A DNA stretch of 64,000 nucleotides from Candidatus Uhrbacteria bacterium (GTDB lineage: Bacteria > Patescibacteriota > Patescibacteriia > JACPHY01), in the NCBI GenBank assembly GCA_016188355.1, contig JACPHY010000001.1:111505-175504 (forward strand), in the 5' to 3' direction. Position numbers and translations under genes: made by a program. Under the pieces are notes generated by a model. The model did no database searches. It was given only the letters and a program-made list of their open reading frames with translations, and was not told the origin of the DNA. Position 1 is the stretch's first letter. Each line of letters starts with the position of its first letter. Positions 18,563 through 28,039 of the stretch are shown here, in pieces.

Positions 18563-20629
18563 GTGCACCCCTCTATGTCGTCATCGATATCTACGACCCA
18601 TCACGATCATGGTGCGATGGTGCAGTCGCATCATGCCAATACTCGGAAAGCGGCCGAGCTGCAGAAGCTCCGGCAGAAACTCGTAGCCGGCTCCGTGCTC
18701 GCGGGCGTGGTGCTCATTGGTGCGTTCCCGCAGCCGTTGCGCGCGATGGGGCTGGACGGCATCGTGACGGTGTTGGCGCATCCATTCATGCTCTTCGCGC
18801 TCACCGTGCCGGTGCAGTTTTGGGCGGGATCACAGTTCTACCAAGGGCTGTGGCTTTTGTTCCGGTATCGCACCGCGGACATGAATACGCTCATCGCGAT
18901 AGGGACGCTCGCGGCATTCGGGTATTCGGTGGTCGCCACGTTCGCGCCACAACTCTTCACGCGTGGTGGACTGCAGCCCGATCTCTACTACGACACCGCG
19001 GCGGTCATCATTGTGCTCATTCTCCTTGGGCGCTATTTGGAGGCGCGTGCGAAGGCGGGCACGGGAGAGGCGATTCGGAAGCTTATGGGGCTTCAGGCGC
19101 GTACCGCGCGTGTGCTTCGGAACGGTGTCGCGCAGGATATCCCGATTGCGGACGTGTTGGTGGATGATCTCCTCGTCGTACGAACGGGCGAAAAAATTCC
19201 GGTGGATGGAGTCATCGTGGAAGGCTCCGGGAGCATTGATGAATCTATGGTGACAGGGGAGTCCATGCCGGTGGAAAAGGGGGTACATGCTGCGGTCGTG
19301 GGTGCGACCGTCAATCGGTCGGGACTCTTTACGATGCGCGCGACGAAGGTGGGGAGGGACACGGTGCTGCAGCAAATCATCCGCATGGTGCAGGAGGCGC
19401 AAGGATCGAAAGCACCTATTCAGCGGCTCGCCGATCGTGTTTCGAGTGTGTTCGTGCCGATTGTGTTCGCGGTCGCCATAATGACGTTTGGCGTGTGGTG
19501 GGCATTCGGTCCAGCTCCGGCACTCACCTACGCGCTCCTGAACACCGTTGCCGTGCTCATCATTGCGTGTCCGTGCGCGTTGGGATTGGCGACGCCCACT
19601 GCGGTCATGGTGGGTGTGGGGCGCGGTGCAGAGCGTGGCGTGCTCATTAAAGATGCGGAGGCACTGGAATTGCTCCAGAAGATCCAGATCATCGTACTCG
19701 ATAAGACGGGCACCCTGACGCAGGGTCGGCCGGTAGTGACCGATGTGCAGGGCGTACATGATGCGCAGCTGCCCGCGATTGCTGCGCTCGCGCAGCGCTC
19801 GACACACCCCCTCGCACAGGCGGTGGCCGCGCATGGTGCCCCGATTCCTACTGCTGCACCCGTGGTGCAGGAGTTCATGGAAATTGCCGGTAAGGGTATC
19901 CGGGGACGAGTGGATGCTCGCATGCTCCGTCTCGGGAATGCGGCGCTGTTCATGGCCGATGGGATTGCGGTGGGCGATTGGGAGGAGCGAGCGCGTGCAT
20001 TTGCCGAATACGGGAAAACGCCACTCTATGTCGGCGTGGACGATGGAGTCGTGGGGATTATTGCGGTCGCGGACACCTTGAAGCCGACCTCACGTGATGC
20101 CATTGTGGCATTACGAAAGTTGGGACTGTCCGTGATTATGGTTACCGGTGATCACGCGGTCACCGCGCAAGCGATTGCGCGCGAGCTCAGTATTGATCGG
20201 GTGCTCGCGGAAGTAAAACCCGAGGAGAAGGCGGCAAAGATAGCAGAGCTTAAAGCGACGGGCGCACGCGTGGCGATGGTGGGGGATGGCATCAATGATG
20301 CGCCGGCCCTCGCGGCCGCGGATGTCGGGATTGCCATGGGCACCGGGACCGACGTAGCGATGGAATCGGCGGGCATCACCCTCATGCGTGGTGACCTCAT
20401 GGCCATCGTGGAGGCCATTCAACTCTCCCGCGCCACGCTCCGGCATATTGTCCAAAATTTGTTCTGGGCGTTCGGGTATAATGTGATCCTCATCCCGGTG
20501 GCGGCGGGCGTACTCTTTCCGTTCACCGGTACGCTCCTCAATCCCATGCTCGCCGCTGGCGCCATGGCGTTCTCTTCGGTGTCCGTCGTGGTGAATTCGC
20601 TGCGATTGAAACGTGTTCGTCTGACTTGA
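18563..20629 (+). CDS. copA: Cu(I)-translocating P1B-type ATPase
   Basis: His-rich N-terminus, [31 protein letters not shown] and MAFSS (P1B-1 signature). Start GTG 18563 or ATG 18575. Confidence 0.95.
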   Translation: MHPSMSSSISTTHHDHGAMVQSHHANTRKAAELQKLRQKLVAGSVLAGVVLIGAFPQPLRAMGLDGIVTVLAHPFMLFALTVPVQFWAGSQFYQGLWLLFRYRTADMNTLIAIGTLAAFGYSVVATFAPQLFTRGGLQPDLYYDTAAVIIVLILLGRYLEARAKAGTGEAIRKLMGLQARTARVLRNGVAQDIPIADVLVDDLLVVRTGEKIPVDGVIVEGSGSIDESMVTGESMPVEKGVHAAVVGATVNRSGLFTMRATKVGRDTVLQQIIRMVQEAQGSKAPIQRLADRVSSVFVPIVFAVAIMTFGVWWAFGPAPALTYALLNTVAVLIIACPCALGLATPTAVMVGVGRGAERGVLIKDAEALELLQKIQIIVLDKTGTLTQGRPVVTDVQGVHDAQLPAIAALAQRSTHPLAQAVAAHGAPIPTAAPVVQEFMEIAGKGIRGRVDARMLRLGNAALFMADGIAVGDWEERARAFAEYGKTPLYVGVDDGVVGIIAVADTLKPTSRDAIVALRKLGLSVIMVTGDHAVTAQAIARELSIDRVLAEVKPEEKAAKIAELKATGARVAMVGDGINDAPALAAADVGIAMGTGTDVAMESAGITLMRGDLMAIVEAIQLSRATLRHIVQNLFWAFGYNVILIPVAAGVLFPFTGTLLNPMLAAGAMAFSSVSVVVNSLRLKRVRLT

Positions 20630-21399
20630 TGATTGTTGCTATGGCCAACCATTCCCATCAATGTGCACGTTGTCTCGAGATCCCAGACTATGGGACATTT
20701 CTCTCCGTGTGTTGGCGTGATGGTGAGCACTTTCCGGCGGAACGCCGTGCATTCGGATTCGCATTGGCCGCCGCCGCATTGCTCGGCATCTTGGTCTACG
20801 TGGCGTATTGGGCATTCCTCATCGACATTCCGGGATTCGCGGGTCGCATTGGTCCGCATCTCCCCTATGTGGTGTTGAGTGCCGTGGCGGTGACGTCGGC
20901 AACGTGGCATCTCAAAGCAGTGCGTCGTGAGTTGAGTGCCATGATGGCCATGATGGTAGGTATGACCTTTGGTATGATCGCGGGGTTTCTCGCGGGGTAC
21001 CTGGTGGGCGCGACGAATGGCATGTTTACGGGATCGGTGTTTGGCGTTCTCGTGGGATGCGCGTTGGGGTGGTATGTGAGTGATTGTTGCGCCATGATGT
21101 CGCGCATGGAAGGCATGATGGCTGGACTCATGTCGGGTACGATGGGTGCAATGACCGCAGTGATGCTGCTCAATGATCGACTCGCGTGGTTCACGCCGTT
21201 CTTGCTTGCGGTGTGCCTGGTGGTACTCTCGGGTTGTTCGTACCTCACCCACCGAGAGTACCGGGAGCGGCAGGGGGTACAGGTCACGTTCCGGGGAACG
21301 GGATTTCTCCCGGTGCTGGTGATGAGTTTTCTGAGCGTCACGGTAACCCTGCTGATTATGGTTGGCGGTCCGAAGTCCGTGCTGTTCCTCGGATTTTAA
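20626..21399 (+). CDS. Met-rich multi-pass membrane protein (copper-associated)
   Basis: [40 protein letters not shown]. Coupled to copA. Confidence 0.75.
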   Translation: MMIVAMANHSHQCARCLEIPDYGTFLSVCWRDGEHFPAERRAFGFALAAAALLGILVYVAYWAFLIDIPGFAGRIGPHLPYVVLSAVAVTSATWHLKAVRRELSAMMAMMVGMTFGMIAGFLAGYLVGATNGMFTGSVFGVLVGCALGWYVSDCCAMMSRMEGMMAGLMSGTMGAMTAVMLLNDRLAWFTPFLLAVCLVVLSGCSYLTHREYRERQGVQVTFRGTGFLPVLVMSFLSVTVTLLIMVGGPKSVLFLGF

Positions 21400-21402
21400 T
21401 GT

Positions 21403-21840
21403 ATGTCTACAGCACCATCATATCGTTGGTGGACTCGCGTGGGCATCCTCCTCATGGCAGGAGTTACGGTGTTCTCTTTTGTGCGTGCGGGTCAGAAGAT
21501 GTGGGGCGGGGGAATGGTATCGCGTGCTGCTCCGGCATCGATCACCGCAACCAATGCGGTGATCGGCGCAGATGGCATCCAGCGGGTGACGCTTGGCTTT
21601 GGGCGATTGAACTACAACCCAGCCGCCATCCGCGTTCGTCGGGGAATTCCGGTGGCGCTCACCGCCGATCGGACCGTCGGTGGCTGCTTTTCCTCGTTTG
21701 TGATTCCGGAGCTGAATGTGTGGAAGCAGTTTTCCGAAACGGATCGCACCATCACCTTTACCCCGAATCGTTCGGGAACATTCCGATTCACATGCGCGAT
21801 GGGGATGGGCGATGGACGATTGATTGTCGAAGAAAGTTAG
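21403..21840 (+). CDS. Cupredoxin-like domain protein
   Basis: TM anchor, YNP..IRV..G.PV, GC, FRFTCAMGM..G.LIV. Confidence 0.85.
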   Translation: MSTAPSYRWWTRVGILLMAGVTVFSFVRAGQKMWGGGMVSRAAPASITATNAVIGADGIQRVTLGFGRLNYNPAAIRVRRGIPVALTADRTVGGCFSSFVIPELNVWKQFSETDRTITFTPNRSGTFRFTCAMGMGDGRLIVEES

Positions 21841-21841
21841 T

Positions 21842-22228
21842 ATGGCGCGGTCCGCATCATTCCTCGCGGCGATGGGCGGGTGTCTCGGGGTGTTCTGTCC
21901 TGCATGCATCCCTGCGCTCGCGGTGTTCCTTCCAACGATCGGATTGGGATTCCTTGCATCGCTCACCGCGAGCTGGCTGCTCTTGCTCGTTGCCGTGGGC
22001 GGGGCGCTTCTCGGGCTTCACCTGTCCGCGTTGGTGCATCGGCGACATGCACCGTTCTTCATTGGACTGTTCGCTAGCCTCCTGCTCATTGCTGGTCGGG
22101 GATTTTTCTTGGACCGTGTGATGATTTGGACGGCGAGCGCGGGACTACTGATCGCCGCGGTGTGGGATTACCGCTGCCGGAGGAAATCGACTGCTGCGGT
22201 ATGTGTCCCCGCAACGACGGTGCGGTAA
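21842..22228 (+). CDS. MerC-like membrane protein
   Basis: C...CPACIPA, four TM segments, HRR. Confidence 0.7.
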   Translation: MARSASFLAAMGGCLGVFCPACIPALAVFLPTIGLGFLASLTASWLLLLVAVGGALLGLHLSALVHRRHAPFFIGLFASLLLIAGRGFFLDRVMIWTASAGLLIAAVWDYRCRRKSTAAVCVPATTVR

Positions 22229-22271
22229 TGAAGAGGCGCCTCCGACAGTAGATCGGTGGCGCCTCGGAGCA

Positions 22272-22790
22272 TCAGTGGGGGAGCATCGAACCGAGTTGAC
22301 GTTGTTCGATCTCGGCAGCGGCGTTTTGGTAGGCTTCCGGATAGCGTTCGGCGACGAGGGGAGCGATGCGCGACGTGGTCATGGCATTCGTATGCGTGAC
22401 GACGTCGGCGACATCTTGGTATGCGCGCGTGAGCGCGTGGCGGCGGATCCATCGTCCCATCTGCGGACTTGGTCGGCGCACCAGGTAGTCGAGTGTGGCG
22501 TATACGACACCGCAGCCAATGATCCCCATGATGACCTCGTCCCGGGAGAGCGATGTCGAGAGAGGGTCGTTTGCATGGAGGATGCCTATATGGACGCCGA
22601 CCAAGATGCCGATGCCGATGGTCACTACGAAGAGGAGGTGATGCGTGATCGCTCCTATGATTCCTCCCATGAGTTCCGCACGTCGTCGCACGACTTGCGC
22701 ACGATTGCAGGCGATAACGAGTTGATCGAATGCGTGTTGCGCATCAGGAGGGAGTTCTGCTATTTCCGGGATGACGCTCAGGGGCTCCAT
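22272..22790 (-). CDS. Hypothetical membrane protein
   Basis: Two TM segments. GGAGGAGG SD upstream of ATG 22790. Confidence 0.65.
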   Translation of the reverse strand: MEPLSVIPEIAELPPDAQHAFDQLVIACNRAQVVRRRAELMGGIIGAITHHLLFVVTIGIGILVGVHIGILHANDPLSTSLSRDEVIMGIIGCGVVYATLDYLVRRPSPQMGRWIRRHALTRAYQDVADVVTHTNAMTTSRIAPLVAERYPEAYQNAAAEIEQRQLGSMLPH

Positions 22791-22903
22791 GTGCCTCCTC
22801 CAAGGGACTGCGATGGACAAGAAAGGTACGTATCGATACGGCAGGGAACGCCGCTGGCATCGTCAAGGATTTCCGGATAGCATGATGAGGGTACGTGATG
22901 CAT

Positions 22904-22991
22904 GGTGGGGTCGCATAGTGGTCGAGTGCGCTCGCTTGGAAAGCGAGTAGACCGCAAGGTCTCGCGGGTTCGAATCCCGCCCCCACCGCCA
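22904..22991 (+). tRNA. tRNA-Ser(GGA)
   Basis: Acceptor GGTGGGG/CCCCACC, anticodon arm CTCGC-TTGGAAA-GCGAG, long variable arm, GGTTCGAATCC, encoded CCA. Confidence 0.97.
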
Positions 22992-23088
22992 GAGCGTCCA
23001 AGTGAGCAGCTGAGATACGGCAAGAGTTTTTGGCCCTTGTCCGCGACTCTTGGGGGGTGAGCTTGGACATAGGTACGTCCATCAAAAC

Positions 23089-23126
23089 ATCAAAAACTGA
23101 CGCCGATGTGGGCGTCAGTTTTTGAT
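23089..23126. terminator. Bidirectional intrinsic terminator after tRNA-Ser
   Basis: ATCAAAAACTGACGCC / GGCGTCAGTTTTTGAT perfect 16-bp inverted repeat with A and T tracts. Confidence 0.8.
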
Positions 23127-23291
23127 TTCTGACCGTGAATCCCTCCGTGCCAAGTTTTAATGCCGTTCGCTGCTTTCTCAGCTTGAATCGCATCGTGCAC
23201 TTTGAAATGCAGGCGTGCGCGATGATCGCACACATCTCGGTACGCCGCTCGTCCTCAGGGACGGGCGGCGGTTGTGTGGATATAATGCAGT

Positions 23292-24632
23292 ATGAGAACG
23301 TGGTTGGATTTTCTTGAGCAGACAACTATGCGATGGCGTATCTTCGCTTCGGGTGCATGCGGGGCGCTCCTCCTGCCGTCATTTTTTGTTCCGTCACTGT
23401 TCTCGCACCTCCTCGCATTGCTCGCGATTGCGCCTGCGCTCGCGCTGATTGCGCCGCTTACCTGGTGGCCGCGCTATCTCGCGGGCCTTTGTTTTTTTGG
23501 TGCTTGGATTCTGCCGACGACGACGTGGTATTACCGTATTTTCCCGTGGTGGCTTGCGCTGCTGGCGTCCGTGGGGTACGTGACGCTCATTGCGCTCGCA
23601 TTTGCGCTCCCGGCGTTGTTCCGGCGCCGTCTCGTGATTCGGGATCTCGCGTTTACCGTAATTCCCTGGGCGCTCCTCGAGAGCGTGCGTCTCTACGCGC
23701 CCGTGACGCAGGATTGGTGGATTCCGCATCTCGCGAATACGCAGTGGCTCAACCCGTTGATCGTGCGCGCGGCAACATGGGGAGGGATCCCGACCGTGAT
23801 CGTGGTGGTGTTGCTGGTGAGCGCGACGCTCGCGTGGCTCGCGATGCGTCCGCGGCGGCATATGGCGATCATGGGGGTGGGTTTCGTGCTGGGTGCGTGC
23901 GCGCTCTATGCGGCAGCGATGCGTACGTGGGATTTTGATACCCCATATCGTGTCCTCGTGGTGGGAGTCCAGGCACCGCCGCATGGGGGTATCCGCGCCA
24001 ACGCGGACGCATCGGATGTCCAGGAGCTCATGCGCATGACGGCGGATGCGGTGCAGTCACTGAAGTACACGGGTCAAGTATTGTTCGTCGTTTGGCCGGA
24101 AAACATGATTGCGGAATCCGAGAGCGTGCGTATTGGGGAGTTTGCACGCGCGCAGGGAATCTTCTTGGTATGGAATCGGGCAGAATCCGTCCCCGGCGCT
24201 CCCGATCGTCCTGCGAACACTGCGGTGTATTCCGGGGCGGATGCACCGAATGCGGCGGTGCAGGTGCTCGCATGGAAACGGCATGCGGCGCCCAGCGAGC
24301 AGATCACGACCGGGGCATTTTCTTCTCCGCTCCAGATCGTGGGGCATCGGGTCGTGGGCGCAATTTGTTATGATCTCCATTATCCGGATATCGGAGAGCG
24401 GCTCCGTGGTCACCATTTGGTTCTCGGAATGATCGATGATGATCGGTATGGGACGCTGTTGCCGTACCTCCATGCATCCGATGTCGTCTACCGTGCGGCG
24501 CAGCATCGGATTCCGATTGCGACCGGGTCGACGAGCGGTCCTACGATGGCGGTCGATCGATTTGGCGTCGTTCGGGCAGGACCATTACCGATCGGCGTGC
24601 GTGGCGTGATGGCGAGCGAATTGGCGTGGTAG
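23292..24632 (+). CDS. Apolipoprotein N-acyltransferase (Lnt)-like protein
   Basis: Multi-TM N-terminus plus nitrilase-fold triad VVWPEN / WKRH / ICYD. TATAAT at 23281-23286 lies just before the ATG. Confidence 0.75.
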   Translation: MRTWLDFLEQTTMRWRIFASGACGALLLPSFFVPSLFSHLLALLAIAPALALIAPLTWWPRYLAGLCFFGAWILPTTTWYYRIFPWWLALLASVGYVTLIALAFALPALFRRRLVIRDLAFTVIPWALLESVRLYAPVTQDWWIPHLANTQWLNPLIVRAATWGGIPTVIVVVLLVSATLAWLAMRPRRHMAIMGVGFVLGACALYAAAMRTWDFDTPYRVLVVGVQAPPHGGIRANADASDVQELMRMTADAVQSLKYTGQVLFVVWPENMIAESESVRIGEFARAQGIFLVWNRAESVPGAPDRPANTAVYSGADAPNAAVQVLAWKRHAAPSEQITTGAFSSPLQIVGHRVVGAICYDLHYPDIGERLRGHHLVLGMIDDDRYGTLLPYLHASDVVYRAAQHRIPIATGSTSGPTMAVDRFGVVRAGPLPIGVRGVMASELAW

Positions 24633-24875
24633 GTGCTGCGGACGTCCATACGGAGGCCTGCCGTATGTGGGGATTTTGGACGATCCGGAAGGATCGCTTT
24701 GTTTGGCGTTGGGCTGATGGGGAGACCGAGGGCAAAAAGACGCGGCACTGGTTGTTGACAGTTCCGCTCCTGCAAGCTGCGCTCGTCTGAATGTGCCGCG
24801 GTTGCTTTATGCGGGGATTTCCGGTAGCCTAGAAAAGTGTTCGTTCCAAATCTCGGTGTTGCATGGGAGGGTCGG

Positions 24876-25772
24876 ATGCACCAAGAGATCGTCGATGCGG
24901 CGACCGCCTGTGGGCAGCTGCTCCGTTCGCAGTGGCTTCAGGGGCCGCTCCCTTACCGTCGCAAGGCAGATGACAGCATGCAGACGGAGTGGGATGTGCT
25001 GGTGGAGGAGCGCTTGAGTGAGGTGATTGCGCGCGTGGATCCTGCCGCGGTGATCATTGGGGAAGAGGCGAGCGGAGGGAGGTTCCGATCGTCCTGGACC
25101 CCGGGAACGTCGATGTACTTCATCGACCCCATCGATGGCACGGGTACGTTTGTCGCACGGGAGTTCGCCTATTGCGTGAGCGTGACGCGTATCGCGCGCG
25201 ACGGCGCACTGTCCGCAGTGATTGTGCGTCCTGCCTATGAGGAAGTCTGCGTGATTGATGGGTCGGGCATTCACTGCGTGCAATTCGGATTTTCTGTGCC
25301 GCTCCTGCCTGCTGCGCTGCCTCGTTTTTCGCCGTTACAGGCGCTCACGTCGTTTGCGCCGGGAGATCTCCTCCTCACGCACTCGCAGATGCATCGCAGC
25401 GTCATATCGAAATTTCCCGGGAAAACGCGTTCCTTTGGCTCGCTCATCTATCATGCGCTGAGCGTGGCGCGTGGAGGTGCGGTCGCTGCGCTGCTGCCGG
25501 TGGGTGAGCCGTGGGATCGTCTGCCGATCCTTGCGATCATGGGTGCACTGGGCGGAGAGCTGAGCGTCTTGCATGGAGCACCGCTGACGGTACCGCAGCT
25601 GCTCGCGCAGGAATTCCATGGATCCTGTAGCTGTACGCCGATGCTCATTGCGGCGCACCCGGGTACTCGTGCGCTCCTCGAGCCGATGCTGGAGTCGGTG
25701 TGCTGTGCGGCACGGATGATGAGCCGATTTCGCGAGATGCGGGGGGAGCTTGACGAACAGGCGCAGGGGTGA
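24876..25772 (+). CDS. Inositol monophosphatase family protein
   Basis: K.D.S.QTEWD..VE, IIGEE, FIDPIDGT, PWD. Confidence 0.88.
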   Translation: MHQEIVDAATACGQLLRSQWLQGPLPYRRKADDSMQTEWDVLVEERLSEVIARVDPAAVIIGEEASGGRFRSSWTPGTSMYFIDPIDGTGTFVAREFAYCVSVTRIARDGALSAVIVRPAYEEVCVIDGSGIHCVQFGFSVPLLPAALPRFSPLQALTSFAPGDLLLTHSQMHRSVISKFPGKTRSFGSLIYHALSVARGGAVAALLPVGEPWDRLPILAIMGALGGELSVLHGAPLTVPQLLAQEFHGSCSCTPMLIAAHPGTRALLEPMLESVCCAARMMSRFREMRGELDEQAQG

Positions 25773-25795
25773 TAGCCTCCGCGTGGAGGCAGTAC

Positions 25796-26476
25796 ATGCG
25801 AAGTGCTAGTTTCCGAGCGTATCGGATTGGCGCTGCGATCGCGATCACGGCGTACTCCGTTCCCGCGGTCGCGAAGTTCACCGCAGCAGATGCTGCGCGC
25901 ATCCATGGGGCCACGATCCTCCGCATCGCCGATGCGACCGTGACGCTGGACGAGTTCGCTCAGTATCCGTTGCCGTCCGCAGAGTGCGTGGTTTGGGTGC
26001 AGGTAGCACTGCCGGATGCGCGTTTGCCGCGCTTGCTGCTCCAGCATGATCGGCGCGCAGATGGGGCAATGGATGTGGTCGCGGTCGCGCCAGCACAATA
26101 CCGCGCCGCATTCCGTGATCTCGCGACGGACTTCCTTGCATCGCTGCCCTATCACATCACCACATCGTCCGTGACGCACGATCGTGGTTGTGATGTGCGC
26201 GTGTCCGGTGTGCTGGTCGGAAAAGGAGCGAAGCCATGGGCGCACGAGGATTTCATCCGGCTCATTGCGACCGAGTACGCGCGATCGGGTCCTCCGGAGA
26301 TTCAGTACATCTGTACGGATATCCCTACCTGGATCGCACGTGCCTACCCCGTGGTTTTCCGGCGCGTGGTTCCCTCCGAATTTCGGGGGAAGCAGGTGCT
26401 CGCCGAATTGGATACGGATACATCTCGACTGCGATTGGATCGCGCACAGCCGCGGACGTCTCCGCGCGTGCCATAG
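25796..26476 (+). CDS. Hypothetical secreted protein
   Basis: Signal-like N-terminus, GGAGG SD, follows the IMPase gene. Confidence 0.55.
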   Translation: MRSASFRAYRIGAAIAITAYSVPAVAKFTAADAARIHGATILRIADATVTLDEFAQYPLPSAECVVWVQVALPDARLPRLLLQHDRRADGAMDVVAVAPAQYRAAFRDLATDFLASLPYHITTSSVTHDRGCDVRVSGVLVGKGAKPWAHEDFIRLIATEYARSGPPEIQYICTDIPTWIARAYPVVFRRVVPSEFRGKQVLAELDTDTSRLRLDRAQPRTSPRVP

Positions 26477-26573
26477 ATGGTTCATACGCCGCCCACCTCC
26501 GTGGGCGGCGGTTGCATGTTTGTATGGCGCTCCGGTTGCCTGCGCCCGCGGCGCGGCATACGATATCTTCGGT

Positions 26574-27407
26574 ATGCGGATGCACCTCTCCCTTGTTCGG
26601 GCGCTCAGTATCGGCAGTTTTCTTGGTATTGCGGTGGCGCTCCTCTGGATGCGCGTGGAGGCATCGACGAGCAGCGTGCCGAGTCCGGAGAGCGATGTGG
26701 TGGTCGCTCCGGAGCCATTGGCATTGTCGGGACTCGGGGGGGGTGACGATGAGCTCCTCGTGGAGCCTGTTCCATTGCCCGCCGCTCGCCCAGTGGTCAT
26801 CACCAATACTCCTCCTGCTCCTCCGGATGCTCGGGTGGTTCGTTTGCGAGTGCCATTTGTTTCGCAGGCACCATTTCGGATTTGGAACCTTCCCTATAAA
26901 GAATTTTGTGAGGAGGCGTCGCTCCTGACGTTGCATCTCTGGAAACAGGGGAAGCCCACTCCGCCTGCGGATGCGCTCGATCGCGCACTCAAAGAACTGC
27001 AAGCGTGGGAAACGGAGCAACTCGGTACCTGGGAGGACACCACGGCAGTGCAGGGGGTGCGCCTCCTTCGCGAGTATTTTGGATATGCCGATGCGCGGGT
27101 GGTGGAGTCGGTGTCGATTGATCGGATCAAGCGGGAACTCGACGCGGGCCGTCCGGTCGTGGTTCCTGCGGCGGGTCGTGCACTGCCGAACCCGTATTTC
27201 CAGCGACCGGGTCCGTTGTACCACATGCTCGTGATTATTGGGTACGACGATCGCGCGGGGGAATTCATCACAAATGATGTGGGGACGAACACGAAAGGCG
27301 CGGGGTTGCGGTATCGATACGATGATCTCTATCGAGCGATGGGAGACTGGTCTGAAGATCGCCACGCTCCGGATACCACGCGAAAGGTGATGATCGTGTT
27401 GAGCTGA
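26574..27407 (+). CDS. C39-like cysteine peptidase, membrane-anchored
   Basis: VPFVSQAP, CEEAS, YHMLVIIGYD, FITNDVG. Confidence 0.85.
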   Translation: MRMHLSLVRALSIGSFLGIAVALLWMRVEASTSSVPSPESDVVVAPEPLALSGLGGGDDELLVEPVPLPAARPVVITNTPPAPPDARVVRLRVPFVSQAPFRIWNLPYKEFCEEASLLTLHLWKQGKPTPPADALDRALKELQAWETEQLGTWEDTTAVQGVRLLREYFGYADARVVESVSIDRIKRELDAGRPVVVPAAGRALPNPYFQRPGPLYHMLVIIGYDDRAGEFITNDVGTNTKGAGLRYRYDDLYRAMGDWSEDRHAPDTTRKVMIVLS

Positions 27408-27613
27408 TGACGGTTCATTATGTGTAGGAGTGTTTTCGGAACGTGTTTTTCGCAGCAGGGAATGTCCTGCATGCGACGTGGCAGCGTCGTGCGCATGAAC
27501 TGCGGGAGTGGGTGATTGCGGCGAGAACTGCGGATCAGTTGCGATCGACATTGCCGGAGACATCGTATTTTGCTGGGGTCTCTTGATATGGTGCTTGGAG
27601 CACCGGAGGAGCT

Positions 27614-28003
27614 ATGCGTTGCATGCTGTCGACCACAGAACCAGCGGTGCAGTTTTTTCGGCGTGCGGGATACGCGTATCAGAAAGAGGAAGGCGGAGAG
27701 CTGGCATTCACCCGACGCGTCGGCGGGGCGTCGTTCCCGCGGTATCACGTGTACGTAACGGATGCGAATGGTGCGCGAGCGCAGCTGACGATCAATGTGC
27801 ACATTGATCAAAAACAGCCGACGTACACCGCGGGGAAAGTGCATAGCGGAGAATACGACGGACCGCTCGTGGAGCAGGAGCTCGCGCGACTACGACAGTT
27901 GGTACAGGGGCAGGAGGAACGGAATCGTGCGAGCACGGACGAACGAGCGCATCCGGACACGGCACCACCCAAGAAGGGGTGGTTTGGTCGATTGTTTTCG
28001 TGA
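27614..28003 (+). CDS. Conserved hypothetical protein upstream of dnaG
   Basis: FPRYHVY, HIDQK, HSGEYDGPLVE.E, C-terminal KKGWFGRLF amphipathic tail. Confidence 0.75.
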   Translation: MRCMLSTTEPAVQFFRRAGYAYQKEEGGELAFTRRVGGASFPRYHVYVTDANGARAQLTINVHIDQKQPTYTAGKVHSGEYDGPLVEQELARLRQLVQGQEERNRASTDERAHPDTAPPKKGWFGRLFS

Positions 28004-28039
28004 GTATCATGCGATCGGTTTGTTGGTTACTCCCTTTTT

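Noticed and set aside
22996-23068. Possible structured RNA right after tRNA-Ser (GTCCAAG/CTTGGAC, CAAGAGT/ACTCTTG)
   Set aside because: Only short 7-bp stems, compatible with a tRNA trailer. Not enough to call an ncRNA.
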